NCBI GenBank assembly: GCA_963821645.1
Contig: CAWGEQ010000050.1
Location: 174-64,173, forward strand
Direction: 5' to 3'
From: an uncultured delta proteobacterium
Lineage (GTDB): Bacteria > Desulfobacterota > RBG-13-43-22
DNA: 64,000 nt
Within the stretch, counting starts at the first letter, position 1. Every line of letters starts with the position of its first letter. Below, piece by piece: positions 1 through 10,280 of this stretch. The position numbers and the translations under genes are program-made. Below the pieces are notes generated by a model. It made no database searches, was not told the DNA's origin, and worked only from the letters and a program-made list of their open reading frames with translations.

Positions 1-171
1 ATTGACATCCTTATCTCCCTCGCAGGAAAAAAAGACAGGATGTTGGCCGACTAAGCGGCCAAGGCGTAATCGTAGTTGTCTGCGATTATTGTTTCCTATC
101 TGTTTTACGAGCCGATAGGACCTCGGTATGCCACCTAAATTAAGTATCCCCGTCGAAGCCGTTTCGCCCCC
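1..171 (-). ncRNA. ssrA: tmRNA (SsrA), 5' portion; continues past window start
   Basis: Reverse complement from 171 reads GGGGGCGAAACGGCTTCGACGGGGATAC, the canonical tmRNA 5' end. Tag frame 83..51 is GCA GAC AAC TAC GAT TAC GCC TTG GCC GCT TAG = ADNYDYALAA*. smpB is adjacent. Confidence 0.9.
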
Positions 172-225
172 TTTCTTTATCTTATATCTTTATGATAATG
201 ATTAGACCATCCAAAGTCAAGCTGG

Positions 226-684
226 TTAATTTTTGCCCCGAATCTGGCGGTCGGCGTCCCGCTTCATATCCTTCTTTCGGATAGCCTCTCTTTTATCGTA
301 CAACTTTTTCCCTTTGGCCAAAGCCAGCTCGACTTTGGCCTTGCCGTCGCGAAAGTAGATTCGGAGAGGAACCAGGGTGAAACCTTTTTCCTGAATTTTG
401 GCTGTCAGCCTTCGGATTTCCTGTTTATGCAGAAGGAGTTTTCTCGTCCGGGTAGGGTCCTGATCCTGTAAAGGGGAATTTTCATAGGGACTGACATGGA
501 CCTCATGAAGGAATATTTCTCCCAACTTGGGTCGGGCATAACTATCCTTAAGATTGGCCCGTCCAAGACGAAGGGATTTAACCTCCGATCCGGTTAACAT
601 CAAACCGGCTTCAACGGTTTCCTGAATTTCGTAATCGTGGCGGGCCTTGCGATTTTGACAGACCAGCTTAATGTGTTCGGCCAT
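226..684 (-). CDS. smpB: SsrA-binding protein SmpB
   Basis: 152 aa ORF with NRKARHDYEI...GSEVKSLR...LLLHKQEI, typical of SmpB. Sits next to the tmRNA. Confidence 0.95.
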   Translation of the reverse strand: MAEHIKLVCQNRKARHDYEIQETVEAGLMLTGSEVKSLRLGRANLKDSYARPKLGEIFLHEVHVSPYENSPLQDQDPTRTRKLLLHKQEIRRLTAKIQEKGFTLVPLRIYFRDGKAKVELALAKGKKLYDKREAIRKKDMKRDADRQIRGKN

Positions 685-735
685 TTTTATTCACGCACGT
701 TTGTTCAAGGCTCAAAGCACCCATCCTTAATCCAT

Positions 736-2550
736 TTAATAAATCATGGTCCCATCAGCTTTGAAACTGTCGGAGAACCCTTGGACCATTTCCTTACGGA
801 CAAAAGCATTGACTTCTTCGGTGGTGTTCAAGGAAAAAATCTTTTCTAAAAATACCTTTGATTCTTGATAAGAAGTCATCCGGATGATCTTTTTGACTCT
901 TGGGACGGACATGGGATTCATACTCAGTTCATCCAACCCCAACCCTAATAAAATCGGGACATACAAGGGTTCACCGGCCATCTCCCCGCACATAGCAACC
1001 GGAATCCCTGCCCGGTGACCGGCTTCGATGGTCTGATTGATAAGGCGCAGGATGGCCGGATGCAAGGGTTGATACATATGGGCCACATGTTCATTGACTC
1101 GGTCGATGGCCAGGGAATATTGAATCAGATCATTGGTCCCAATGCTGAAAAAATCCACTTCCCGGGCCAGAAGATCGGCCATGGCCACGGCCGAGGGAAT
1201 CTCAATCATGATCCCGATGGGAATCTGGGAATCAAAGGGGATCTTTTCTTTTTCCAGGTCCTCGGTTACCTCCTTCAGGATGGCCTTGGCCTGGAAAACT
1301 TCATCGATGGAGGAAATCATCGGAAAGAGTATTTTGAGTTTCCCATAAGAACTGGCCCTTAAAATGGCCCGCAGTTGCCGCTTAAAAATATCGACTTCCT
1401 TCAAACAAAAACGGATGGCTCGCAAACCCAGGGCCGGATTCATCTCTTCCGCCAGATCGAGGTGGGATGCAAACTTGTCGCCTCCGATATCCAGGGTCCG
1501 GATGGTAACCGAATGGGGCGCCATGATTTGGGCCACCTTTTTAAAGTTTTCAAAGAGAGTTTGTTCACTGGGCAATTCTTTCTGGCTCAGATATAAAAAT
1601 TCAGTCCGGAAAAGACCGATCCCTTCAGCTCCATTAGCCAGCACCGTGGCGATTTCTTCCAAGAATTCAATATTGGCCCTGGTCTTAATCCGGTATCCAT
1701 CCGGCGTTTCGGCCGGCAAATGGCTGTATTTAGCCATTTCAGTCCGATATTCGCCGTATTTTTTCTTTTTTTGCAGGAAGGTCTCTACGGTTTCCGGGTC
1801 GGGGTTCAAGATCACCTGGCCGTCGGTTCCATCTACAATAATCAGGTTGCCGCTGTTAACCACCTGGGTGATTCGCTCCAACCCGACTACGGCCGGAATC
1901 TCCTGGGACTGAGCGATGATGGCGGTATGGGAAGTCTTTCCGCCCATATCGGTGACAAAACCCAAAACATTGTCCAGTCGCATCTGGGTGGTATCGGCCG
2001 GAGAGAGATCGTGGGCCACCACAATCACCTGGCCCCGGATATCGCCCAAGTTTTCCATCTCGGTCCCGGTCAGATTTCTCAGTATCCGTTCGGAAACATC
2101 CACCACATCTTTGACCCGGTTTCGGAAGTATTCGTCCTTGATCTTGGAAAAAATCTCCTGGGCCTTTTCTACGGTCTTTTTTAAGGCCCATTCGGCATTG
2201 ATCTGTTCCTTACCAATGTTCTCCAAGGTCTGATCAAAAATCATGCGATCCTGCAATATCAACCGGTGAGAATTAATGATACCGGCATGATCTTTTATCT
2301 CTTCCGGGATCTCATCGATGATCTGCTGCAATTGGGCATCGGCTTTCGCGACCGCTTCCTTGAATCGAACCTTTTCCGGTTCGATCTGGCCTTCGTCGAG
2401 GAGGTATTGATAAACGACCTTGACCCGGCTGCGATCCACCAGATAAGCCCGTCCGATGGCCACGCCTCCGGAGGCCCCGATCCCTTTTAGGACGAGATTA
2501 AGAGGCTCTTTCCCCCTTAAAGGATTATTCTTCTCCGAACTTGTCATCAA
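736..2550 (-). CDS. ptsI: Phosphoenolpyruvate-protein phosphotransferase (PTS enzyme I)
   Basis: 604 aa with the GGKTSHTAIIA phospho-His motif and a PEP-utilizing C-terminal domain (IGTNDLIQY). Followed by an HPr gene. Confidence 0.9.
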   Translation of the reverse strand: MMTSSEKNNPLRGKEPLNLVLKGIGASGGVAIGRAYLVDRSRVKVVYQYLLDEGQIEPEKVRFKEAVAKADAQLQQIIDEIPEEIKDHAGIINSHRLILQDRMIFDQTLENIGKEQINAEWALKKTVEKAQEIFSKIKDEYFRNRVKDVVDVSERILRNLTGTEMENLGDIRGQVIVVAHDLSPADTTQMRLDNVLGFVTDMGGKTSHTAIIAQSQEIPAVVGLERITQVVNSGNLIIVDGTDGQVILNPDPETVETFLQKKKKYGEYRTEMAKYSHLPAETPDGYRIKTRANIEFLEEIATVLANGAEGIGLFRTEFLYLSQKELPSEQTLFENFKKVAQIMAPHSVTIRTLDIGGDKFASHLDLAEEMNPALGLRAIRFCLKEVDIFKRQLRAILRASSYGKLKILFPMISSIDEVFQAKAILKEVTEDLEKEKIPFDSQIPIGIMIEIPSAVAMADLLAREVDFFSIGTNDLIQYSLAIDRVNEHVAHMYQPLHPAILRLINQTIEAGHRAGIPVAMCGEMAGEPLYVPILLGLGLDELSMNPMSVPRVKKIIRMTSYQESKVFLEKIFSLNTTEEVNAFVRKEMVQGFSDSFKADGTMIY

Positions 2551-2788
2551 TCAGCCTTTGCATGGCCTCCAAGAGCCTTTCGGCATCCGAACCTTCGGCC
2601 CGTAGGACAATTTGCGAACCCACAGGGCAAGCCAGGGTCAATATGTTGAGTATGCTTTTCCCGTCAATTTCCTGATGATCAAACCGAATGACCAGGTCTG
2701 AGGAAAATTCATTGCTTAATTGGACCATTTTGGCCGCCGCCCGGGCATGAAGGCCCAGTCGGTTTTTTATCACTAAATGGCGTTCCAT
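2525..2788 (-). CDS. ptsH: HPr-family phosphocarrier protein
   Basis: 87 aa with the N-terminal NRLGLHARAA active-site His context of HPr/NPr. Confidence 0.85.
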   Translation of the reverse strand: MERHLVIKNRLGLHARAAAKMVQLSNEFSSDLVIRFDHQEIDGKSILNILTLACPVGSQIVLRAEGSDAERLLEAMQRLIDDKFGEE

Positions 2789-3516
2789 TTTCCCTCATTT
2801 TGGTCGGGCAGTTTCAAGGGGGCCAACAGAAGGCAATATTCCCCCTTCGGTTCCCGATCCGCCAGTTGGCGGATCAACCCGCTTACCGTACCGGAAAGGA
2901 TCTCTTCATAAATCTTGGTAAGTTCCCGGGCCAAAACCGCTTCCCTGTCTCCCAAAACGGCTTCGATCTCTTCCAGAAGGTTCCTAATCCGGTGAGGGGC
3001 TTCATAGAAGATGAGAGTCCTTCTCTGTTCCTTCATTTCCTGAAGAATTTTTTTCCGGCGGCTTTTGCGTCGAGGCAGAAAGCCTAAAAAAACAAAAGAG
3101 TCGCCGGATAATCCTGAAGCACTTAAGGCACAGATCAGGGCCGAAGGCCCTGGAATGGGGATGACCGCTATCCCGGCCCGGCGGGCTTCCTCAACCAACT
3201 CTTTCCCCGGATCACTGACACCCGGCGTACCACCGTCGCTGACCAGACTGATCTGCTGCCCCTGTCGCAGTCGCTCGATCAGGGAACTCATCTTTCTAAA
3301 TTTATTATTTTCATTATAGCTGATCAACGGGGAATGAAGATCATAGGCGGAAAGGAGTTTTTGGGTCCTCCGGGTATCCTCGGCGGCTATCAGATCAGAA
3401 GCCTTCAACACCTCCAGTGCCCGCAGGGTAATATCCTTCAAATTACCCAAGGGTGTGGCGACGATGTATAAAGTTCCTTTATTTTCAAATGAAGCCATTT
3501 TAATTATCGCCACCAA
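2773..3516 (-). CDS. rsmI: 16S rRNA (cytidine1402-2'-O)-methyltransferase RsmI
   Basis: 247 aa with TLYIVATPLGNLKDITLRALEVLK and the tetrapyrrole-methylase fold typical of RsmI. Confidence 0.9.
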   Translation of the reverse strand: MVAIIKMASFENKGTLYIVATPLGNLKDITLRALEVLKASDLIAAEDTRRTQKLLSAYDLHSPLISYNENNKFRKMSSLIERLRQGQQISLVSDGGTPGVSDPGKELVEEARRAGIAVIPIPGPSALICALSASGLSGDSFVFLGFLPRRKSRRKKILQEMKEQRRTLIFYEAPHRIRNLLEEIEAVLGDREAVLARELTKIYEEILSGTVSGLIRQLADREPKGEYCLLLAPLKLPDQNEGKWNAI

Positions 3517-3598
3517 TTCACAGCAGACAGGCCGGTTTTATCAAGGCTGGCCGTCGGCCTGATAAAAATTCGTGCGAGACCGTGACTTAATATTTCCT

Positions 3599-3985
3599 TT
3601 AATAAGCCAGGTCAAAGGCGTTTCGGTACAGTTCGACTTTCTCCTGTCCTTGATTCAAATCAATAGCCACCACATCAAAGCGAGCCGCCTGGTCCGAGAA
3701 GGAACGGCGTTTTAAGTAGTCCAAGGCCACCATGGACAACTTTCGTTGCTTCTTGGGACCCACGGCCCATTTAGCCGTCCCAAAATCAGCGGTCAAACGG
3801 GTTTTGACCTCCACGAAAGCCAAGGTCTTTCCTTCCCGAGCGACAATATCGATTTCACCCAAAGGCGACTTAAAATTTCTTTCCAGAATAACATATCCTT
3901 TTTTTTTGAGGAGTTCATAGGCCAGGTCCTCTCCTCTTTGACCCACCCCCCTACGGGGGTCCTCAGACGGTTTTATGGGTCTCAT
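3599..3985 (-). CDS. yraN: YraN-family (UPF0102) endonuclease-like protein
   Basis: 128 aa with GEDLA...GEIDIVA...FVEVKTR, the YraN signature. Conserved position next to rnhB. Confidence 0.85.
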   Translation of the reverse strand: MRPIKPSEDPRRGVGQRGEDLAYELLKKKGYVILERNFKSPLGEIDIVAREGKTLAFVEVKTRLTADFGTAKWAVGPKKQRKLSMVALDYLKRRSFSDQAARFDVVAIDLNQGQEKVELYRNAFDLAY

Positions 3986-4595
3986 CGGGGACCGTTCCTC
4001 TAAAGGTTAAACGATGGAGTAGACAAGGCCCATAATCCTTCAAAGCCCTTAGATGCTCCTGGGTTCCATACCCTTTATTGTTTAAAAAATTATAACAAGG
4101 GAATCGGTAATGCCATGATTCCATCAGCTTGTCCCGAACAACCTTGGCTATAATCGAGGCGGCCCCAATGGCGTGGCTCAAACGGTCTCCCTGGATCAGA
4201 CATGCCTGGTTGAAAGGCAGGTTTAAAGACTGGTTCCCGTCGATAAGGACCAGATCGGGATTAAGGTTCAGATTGAAAACCGCCTTTTCCATGGCCCTTA
4301 AGGAAGCTTGGAGGATGTTGAGGCGATCGATTTTCCGGGGACCCAGGAAACCAAAACCAATGGCCAGGGATCCCTTTCTGATCAGGGGAAACAGAAATTC
4401 TCTTTTTTGGGGGGTTAACTGCTTAGAGTCGGTAACGCCGGCGATAAAGACCCCTCGAGGGAAAATGACCGCTGCGGCAATCACCGGACCGGCTAAAGGC
4501 CCTCTGCCCACCTCATCCACACCGGCGATCAGGAAGGGCCCTGGTCGGTCAATTTTATTTTCGTAAAAATCAGAGGGCTTCTTGACGGCTCCCAC
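3963..4595 (-). CDS. rnhB: Ribonuclease HII
   Basis: 210 aa with GVDEVGRGPLAGPV and DSKQLT motifs of RNase HII. Confidence 0.92.
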   Translation of the reverse strand: MGAVKKPSDFYENKIDRPGPFLIAGVDEVGRGPLAGPVIAAAVIFPRGVFIAGVTDSKQLTPQKREFLFPLIRKGSLAIGFGFLGPRKIDRLNILQASLRAMEKAVFNLNLNPDLVLIDGNQSLNLPFNQACLIQGDRLSHAIGAASIIAKVVRDKLMESWHYRFPCYNFLNNKGYGTQEHLRALKDYGPCLLHRLTFRGTVPDETHKTV

Positions 4596-4624
4596 GATTA
4601 AAGCGTCCAGGGATTAAGTTTAAC

Positions 4625-5008
4625 TTATCCGATCTTGGAATTCTCGACTTCCTTCAAGCCCGGGATTACCCGCCGTTCTTTGATCCGAGCAGCCTTACCT
4701 TTTAATTCTCTCAAATAATATAACCGGGACTGGCGCACCTTGCCCCGGCTGACGATATCCACACGATCAATAGCCGGTGCGTGAAGCGGGAAAATACGCT
4801 CTACCCCGACTCCATAAGAAACCTTTCGGACGGTAAAGGTAGCCCCGGTATTTCCTTTTCTTTTTCGAATAACCACCCCTTCAAAGACCTGGATCCGCTC
4901 CTTTTCCCCCTCTTTAATTTTGACATGGACCCGGACCTGATCCCCGGTTTTAAAATCGGGAAGGTCCCCCCGCATCTGTTCCCTTTCCAACATGGTCAAG
5001 ATATTCAT
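4625..5008 (-). CDS. rplS: 50S ribosomal protein L19
   Basis: 127 aa with [26 protein letters not shown], typical of L19. Downstream of trmD. Confidence 0.95.
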   Translation of the reverse strand: MNILTMLEREQMRGDLPDFKTGDQVRVHVKIKEGEKERIQVFEGVVIRKRKGNTGATFTVRKVSYGVGVERIFPLHAPAIDRVDIVSRGKVRQSRLYYLRELKGKAARIKERRVIPGLKEVENSKIG

Positions 5009-5050
5009 GGCTCTTCTCCTTAAAATTACGATACGAAAATACGAACCGTA

Positions 5051-5827
5051 CTATTCCCTTTTCTCATTTCGTCTAAGCGATTTCAATATCTCCTGATCCT
5101 CCGCACTCAACCGGTTCTTCCGGACCAACTCGGGCCTCCGTTCTGCGGTCTTAATCAAAGACTGACGACGTCTCCAGGCGCGGATCTTCTCATGGTCACC
5201 GGAGATCAGGACTTCGGGCACCCGGTGGCCTTTGAAGTTTCGGGGCCGTGTGTATTGGGGATACTCCAACAGGCCTTCTTCAAAGGATTCTTCCTTCCCT
5301 GAATCGGCACAACCGAGAACCTCAGGGATCAACCGGACCAAAGAATCCAAAATAATCAAGGCGGCCGGTTCACCACCGCTTAAGACATAATCGCCGATCG
5401 ATATCTGGTCATCACAGAAAAAATCGGCTACCCGATCGTCGACCCCCTCATATCTCCCGCAGATCAGAATGATTCGCGGACAGCCGGCCAATTCTTTAAC
5501 CCTCGATTGTTTCAGCGGAATCCCCTGGGGGGTCAAAAGGATTACCCACGGACTCGGTCCAGGTAGACCCCTCAACCAAGTTAAGGCTCGGAAAATGGGC
5601 TCCGGTTTTAAAACCATCCCCGCCCCGCCGCCAAAGGGCCGGTCATCTACCGTTCGATGTGGGTCATCGGCAAAATCACGGAGATTAAAAATCCGGATTC
5701 GGACCCGCCCCTTCTCAATCCCTCGCTGAATGATCCCCCCTTTTAAGGGAGAAAGAAAATGGCCGGGGAAAAGGGTCAGGATATCAACGGTCATCACCCT
5801 CGGCGAGGTCATATAGGTCCCGGACAC
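5051..5827 (-). CDS. trmD: tRNA (guanine37-N1)-methyltransferase TrmD
   Basis: 258 aa with DILTLFP..., DDRPFGGGAGMV and YEGVDDRV motifs. The true start may be Met12 at 5794. Confidence 0.93.
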   Translation of the reverse strand: MSGTYMTSPRVMTVDILTLFPGHFLSPLKGGIIQRGIEKGRVRIRIFNLRDFADDPHRTVDDRPFGGGAGMVLKPEPIFRALTWLRGLPGPSPWVILLTPQGIPLKQSRVKELAGCPRIILICGRYEGVDDRVADFFCDDQISIGDYVLSGGEPAALIILDSLVRLIPEVLGCADSGKEESFEEGLLEYPQYTRPRNFKGHRVPEVLISGDHEKIRAWRRRQSLIKTAERRPELVRKNRLSAEDQEILKSLRRNEKRE

Positions 5828-6305
5828 GGATTTCTCTTTGGATCTTATTTACCGAAAGGATAACATCCTCGACGGCTGGAAAGAGGGTTTCCTTTTCTCG
5901 ATCCCGGATGACCCAAATATCATGGGCCGGTGTTGCCAGGATACCCTCCAAAATGCCTAAAAATTGATCATGATCGTTATAGACCCGACTGCCGATCAAT
6001 TGGTACCAATAATACTCTCCCTCTGGAAGGGCTTCCAGGTCTTTTTCCTCGATGTAAACGGAAAATCCCGCCAACCTTTCCGCCTGCTGACGATCTTCCA
6101 GACCATCCAGTTTAAGAAGCAAGGAACGGGCTTGCACCTTGGCATCCGAGATCACCCACTCCTGCAATTCTTCACCCCGGCCCAGAAACACTTTCCGTCC
6201 GGCAAAAAAAGTTTCCCCGGAGGCGGCGTAAGAATGGACCTTCATCTGGCCGCGCAACCCATGAGGTTTGGCAACCTTTCCGATTAACAGAAAGCCCGCT
6301 TTCAT
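5784..6305 (-). CDS. rimM: 16S rRNA processing protein RimM
   Basis: 173 aa with IGKVAKPHGLRGQMKV and a PRC-barrel C-terminus. Conserved rpsP-rimM-trmD-rplS order. Confidence 0.9.
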   Translation of the reverse strand: MKAGFLLIGKVAKPHGLRGQMKVHSYAASGETFFAGRKVFLGRGEELQEWVISDAKVQARSLLLKLDGLEDRQQAERLAGFSVYIEEKDLEALPEGEYYWYQLIGSRVYNDHDQFLGILEGILATPAHDIWVIRDREKETLFPAVEDVILSVNKIQREIRVRDLYDLAEGDDR

Positions 6306-6322
6306 AAAATAATTTTTTTTCT

Positions 6323-6553
6323 TTATTCTATGATTTCCAGGACCGACCGTTTTCTGATCTTTGTGGAAGCCGCACTCAAGATAGTCCTCATGGCCCTGGC
6401 GGTACGCCCTTGTTTCCCGATGACCTTTCCCAGATCCTCCTTAGCCACCTTTAATTCGATGACTGAAGTCTGTTCCCCTTCGATTTCATTAACTTCAACC
6501 TGGTCAGGATGATCCACCAACGCCTTTGCAATGTACTTTACCAACTCTTTCAT
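6323..6553 (-). CDS. KH-domain RNA-binding protein (YlqC/KhpA-like)
   Basis: 76 aa with the [19 protein letters not shown] motif. Lies between rpsP and rimM as in many bacteria. Confidence 0.85.
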   Translation of the reverse strand: MKELVKYIAKALVDHPDQVEVNEIEGEQTSVIELKVAKEDLGKVIGKQGRTARAMRTILSAASTKIRKRSVLEIIE

Positions 6554-6700
6554 GCCGCTTACCTCCTCCTTTAGAGTTGCCGAATACCGATAACAGACTG
6601 ATTCCGCTTACGCTCCCCGGCTCTTTTATCGGCCAAGGATCGATTCAAGTGAATCCAACTACAACACAGGAGAGGGGTGAGACGCCCGCCTCAAAATCTC

Positions 6701-6949
6701 TTATCCCTTGAGTACGCCGCTGAAGCGAATCAAATTTCTAACGGTAGTCGTTGGTTCAGCCCCTACGGAAAGCCACTTTTTCAAGACATCCTGTTTCCAG
6801 GAAACCGCCGCTGGTTCTTGATTGGGGTTGTAAGTTCCGACAATCTCAATAAACCGCCCGCCTCTTGGTGCCCTGGAGTCAGCCACGACCATCCGATAAA
6901 AAGGCCGTTTCTTGGCCCCAATCCGGGCCAATCGAATCTTAATCGCCAT
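6701..6949 (-). CDS. rpsP: 30S ribosomal protein S16
   Basis: 82 aa starting [26 protein letters not shown], the classic S16 N-terminus. Confidence 0.95.
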   Translation of the reverse strand: MAIKIRLARIGAKKRPFYRMVVADSRAPRGGRFIEIVGTYNPNQEPAAVSWKQDVLKKWLSVGAEPTTTVRNLIRFSGVLKG

Positions 6950-7001
6950 TATACGCTCCTTAGTTTTTCTTCTTCCTGAACTTTATAGTAACCAATGCCT
7001 G

Positions 7002-8333
7002 TTAAAAAGGCAAGTATCCTCTTTTGAGGGCCTTTCGACCACCCTTATTGAATTGTTTAAGCATCTTTTGCATCTGTTCAAAATTTTTAAGCAGTTTATT
7101 GACATCCTGTACCGTCGTCCCACTCCCCTTGGCAATGCGCCGACGTCGGCTTCCATTGATGACCTGATAGCTTTTTCGTTCCTCCGGGGTCATGGAATCG
7201 ATTATGGCCTCTACCCGAAGGAATTCTTTTTCATCCGGTTTGGCCTCTTTTAAGCCCTTCATTCGATTTAAACCCGGAATCATTTGCACCATCTGTTCCA
7301 GGGAACCCATTTTTTTTATCTGTCTCAGCTGGTCCTTAAAATCGTTCAAGGTAAAAGATTCCTTGCGGATCTTCTTCTCCAACTCCAAGGCCTGCTTTTG
7401 ATCAAAATGGAGTTGGGCCTTTTCGATCAGGGACAAAACATCGCCCATGCCCAGGATCCGGGAGGCCATCCGGTCGGGATGAAAAGGTTCCAAGGCCTCC
7501 AACTTTTCTCCGACCCCTATAAATTTAATCGGTTTTTGAGTAACCGCCTTGATGGACAAGGCAGCCCCTCCCCGTGCGTCCCCTTCCATCTTGGTCAGGA
7601 TAACCCCGGACAAATCCAGCCATTCATTAAATTTCTGGGCCACATTAACAGCATCCTGACCGGTCATGGCATCGGCCACCAGGAGGATCTCATTGGGCTG
7701 GACCCGTTCCTTGATCTGTTTCAGTTCGGTCATTAAATCCTGGTCGATATGCAACCGTCCGGCCGTATCCAGGATCAGAGGATTCAATCCCCGCCCGCGG
7801 GCCCATTCCACGGCCCGACTGCAAATTTCCACCGGGTTTATTTTTGGATCGGAAGGGTATACCTCGACCCCGGCTTGTTCCCCTACCCTATGAAGCTGGT
7901 CAATGGCCGCTGGTCGATAAACATCCGCCGGCACCAGGCCGGGCCGGAAATTCTTTTCCCTCAAATATAAGGCCAGCTTTCCGGCCGTGGTCGTTTTTCC
8001 CGAACCTTGAAGCCCGGCCAGCATGATGGCAATAGGTGCGCGACCGGCCAAATTCAGGTCCTGGCGCGCCCCGCCCATCAGCTCAGTCAGTTCCTCCTGG
8101 ACGATCTTGATCACCTGTTGGGCCGGTGTGAGACTGGAGAGGACCTCCTGCCCCAAAGACCTGTCCCGGACCCGATCGATAAAATCCTTGGCCACTTTGT
8201 AATGGACGTCGGCCTCCAGCAAGGCCATCCGTACCTCACGAAGCCCTTCCTTCATATTGGCTTCGGTTAATTTCCCCTCCCCCTTCAATTTCTTAAAAGT
8301 CAGGTTCAGGCGTTCGGTTAAGGACTCAAACAT
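7002..8333 (-). CDS. ffh: Signal recognition particle protein Ffh
   Basis: 443 aa with the GLQGSGKTTT P-loop, DTAGRL, and a Met-rich M domain (MGSLEQMVQMIPG). Confidence 0.95.
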   Translation of the reverse strand: MFESLTERLNLTFKKLKGEGKLTEANMKEGLREVRMALLEADVHYKVAKDFIDRVRDRSLGQEVLSSLTPAQQVIKIVQEELTELMGGARQDLNLAGRAPIAIMLAGLQGSGKTTTAGKLALYLREKNFRPGLVPADVYRPAAIDQLHRVGEQAGVEVYPSDPKINPVEICSRAVEWARGRGLNPLILDTAGRLHIDQDLMTELKQIKERVQPNEILLVADAMTGQDAVNVAQKFNEWLDLSGVILTKMEGDARGGAALSIKAVTQKPIKFIGVGEKLEALEPFHPDRMASRILGMGDVLSLIEKAQLHFDQKQALELEKKIRKESFTLNDFKDQLRQIKKMGSLEQMVQMIPGLNRMKGLKEAKPDEKEFLRVEAIIDSMTPEERKSYQVINGSRRRRIAKGSGTTVQDVNKLLKNFEQMQKMLKQFNKGGRKALKRGYLPF

Positions 8334-8500
8334 AAAAAGGCTTTTCTCGAAAAAGTTATAAATTTATAAATTTATTATCTATTTTAAATAATGTCAAGAA
8401 ATTTTTGGTTTTCAAAGTGAATTTATTGGACGAAAAGAGGCCCGCAAGGGTTACGAAAATAAATAAACCCTCCCCATGTCGGCTTTATACAAAAACCCAC

Positions 8501-8532
8501 AAAAAAAGGGATTGGCCATAGTAGCCAACCCC
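8501..8532 (-). terminator. Intrinsic terminator downstream of tRNA-Val
   Basis: On the minus strand, GGGGTTGGC-tactat-GCCAATCCC is followed by TTTTTTT. Confidence 0.6.
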
Positions 8533-8542
8533 TTAAATGTCA

Positions 8543-8617
8543 TGGTAGGCACGCTGGGTTTTGAACCCAGGACCTCTACCGTGTCAGGGTAGCGCTCTCC
8601 CCCTGAGCTACGTGCCT
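8543..8617 (-). tRNA. tRNA-Val (anticodon GAC), CCA encoded
   Basis: Hand-folded cloverleaf. Acceptor AGGCACG/CGTGCCT, D arm GCTC..GAGC, anticodon loop CTGACAC (GAC at 8585..8583), T arm GGTTCAAAACC, discriminator A plus CCA. Confidence 0.9.
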
Positions 8618-8692
8618 GCGATCGCCTTATGTTTAAACAATTATAGTCGCAGGTGTCAAGAAAAAACCAACCTTTTTCTCAAATCATCTCCT

Positions 8693-9220
8693 TCAGGGGG
8701 TTAAAATCTTAAGGCCCGAATAGAGATAATGAAGTCCTGAAAAGACGGTAAAGATCAAGGTGGTCAGGACCAGGCCTTGCCGCACGAAATACCCCAGATG
8801 GATATATCCGGAAGAAAGGACCAACAGGATCAGTAATAATTGAAAAATGGTGGTCAGTTTGCTGTAAATGGTCGGTTTGATCTCAAAACGGACTTGATTC
8901 AAAAACAGAATACTTACCCCTAACACGATGACCACGTCCCGACTGATGACGATCACGGTAAGCCAAACCGGTAACTCTTTCAACACGGCCAGGGCGATAT
9001 AGGCCGTAGATAATAACATCTTATCGGCAATGGGGTCTAAGAAGGCGCCTAATCGGGTCTTTTGGGAAAACCAGCGGGCAATCAAGCCATCCAGGCCATC
9101 GGTTACCGCTGCCCCGGCAAAAACCCACAGGGCCTGGTTGAAGGACCCGTTGATCAAAAGGATAGCAAACCAAGGGATCAGGACAATACGAATCAGTGTA
9201 ATCAAGTTAGGTATGGACAT
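8693..9220 (-). CDS. pgsA: CDP-alcohol phosphatidyltransferase (PgsA-like)
   Basis: 175 aa multi-TM protein with DGLDGLIAR...DPIADK, the CDP-alcohol phosphatidyltransferase motif. Confidence 0.8.
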   Translation of the reverse strand: MSIPNLITLIRIVLIPWFAILLINGSFNQALWVFAGAAVTDGLDGLIARWFSQKTRLGAFLDPIADKMLLSTAYIALAVLKELPVWLTVIVISRDVVIVLGVSILFLNQVRFEIKPTIYSKLTTIFQLLLILLVLSSGYIHLGYFVRQGLVLTTLIFTVFSGLHYLYSGLKILTP

Positions 9221-10160
9221 AGTCTCTTGGGCGGTTTAAAAATTGGAATACCTTTGAATGGATCCTATCAAATTCGAGGGGAGAAAACCAGTTCAAATTG
9301 TTTTCCCCGCTTAACCAGGTCAATTGCCTCTTGGCATAACGGCGGGTATCCCTCTTCAAAAGATCAAGGGCCTCTGGCAATTCCCCTTCCCCTTGTAACA
9401 CCCTGGCCAAATGACGGTAGCCCAGGGATTTCATGGACTTTAATTCCGGAGAATACCCCAAATCAAGGAGTCCCCGGACCTCCTCCAGAAATCCCCGGGC
9501 GATCATTTTTTCAGCCCTTTGATTTATCCTTTGGTAAAGGACCTGGCGGTCCAGGGTAAGACCGATCCAAAGTATTTCATAATCCGGCTCACTCTCCTGA
9601 CCCCACTGTTGCCAATCGGAGATGGGGCAACCGGTCAATTCAAAGACCTCCAGGGCCCGGATCAATCGGTAGGTGTCCCTATGATCGATCCGAGCCGCTG
9701 ACAAAGGATCCTGCGCTCTTAAGGTCTCCCAAAGGAATTGTGGACCATAGACCAGGGAATTCTTTTTCCATTTTTCTCTGATCTCGGCCTTGGGCTTGGG
9801 GCAGGCAAAGAGTCCCCTTTGCAAAACCCTAAGATATAAACCGGTCCCCCCGATGACGAAAATCGGGACTTGGCGAAGGTGCAGTTCCTGGATAACGGCC
9901 TGGGCCCTTATCCGGAACTCCGAGGCATCAAAGGGTTGATCGGGGTGGATAATATCAATCAGATGATAAGGGACCTCTCTTCGTTCCGCCGGAGCCGGTT
10001 TAGCGGTTCCGATATCCATACTGCGGTAAACCTGCATGGAATCGGCATTGATGATTTCTCCCCCCATTTCCCGAGCCAGTCCATGGCCCAGACCGGATTT
10101 CCCGACCGCCGTCGGTCCGGTGATGATAACTAATCTGGGGCGGTCTGGGTTCATGGGCAT
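9207..10160 (-). CDS. miaA: tRNA dimethylallyltransferase MiaA
   Basis: 317 aa with the ITGPTAVGKS P-loop, INADSMQVY and HLIDI motifs. Confidence 0.92.
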   Translation of the reverse strand: MPMNPDRPRLVIITGPTAVGKSGLGHGLAREMGGEIINADSMQVYRSMDIGTAKPAPAERREVPYHLIDIIHPDQPFDASEFRIRAQAVIQELHLRQVPIFVIGGTGLYLRVLQRGLFACPKPKAEIREKWKKNSLVYGPQFLWETLRAQDPLSAARIDHRDTYRLIRALEVFELTGCPISDWQQWGQESEPDYEILWIGLTLDRQVLYQRINQRAEKMIARGFLEEVRGLLDLGYSPELKSMKSLGYRHLARVLQGEGELPEALDLLKRDTRRYAKRQLTWLSGENNLNWFSPLEFDRIHSKVFQFLNRPRDYVHT

Positions 10161-10280
10161 AGGGCCGTGCCGATTTTAGATTTCGGATTTCGGATTTCAA
10201 AATTGAAAAGAATTGCCCCTGTCTCCCGATCCCTAACCCAGGCTTCCTTCCCTTAAACCTTGAACCTTGGACCTTGACAT

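Noticed and set aside
1015-2490. Multiple 70-180-aa plus-strand ORFs antisense to ptsI (similar antisense ORFs occur in ffh, mutL, fdhA and elsewhere)
   Set aside because: They lie entirely inside well-supported genes on the opposite strand, and their composition is typical of antisense shadows.
10165-10280. Tandem TTCGGAT units and similar short arrays (also 48486..48513 and 62085..62200) as possible CRISPR arrays
   Set aside because: The units are 7-9 nt with no unique spacers of 25-40 nt, and no cas genes are present. These are simple tandem or low-complexity repeats.
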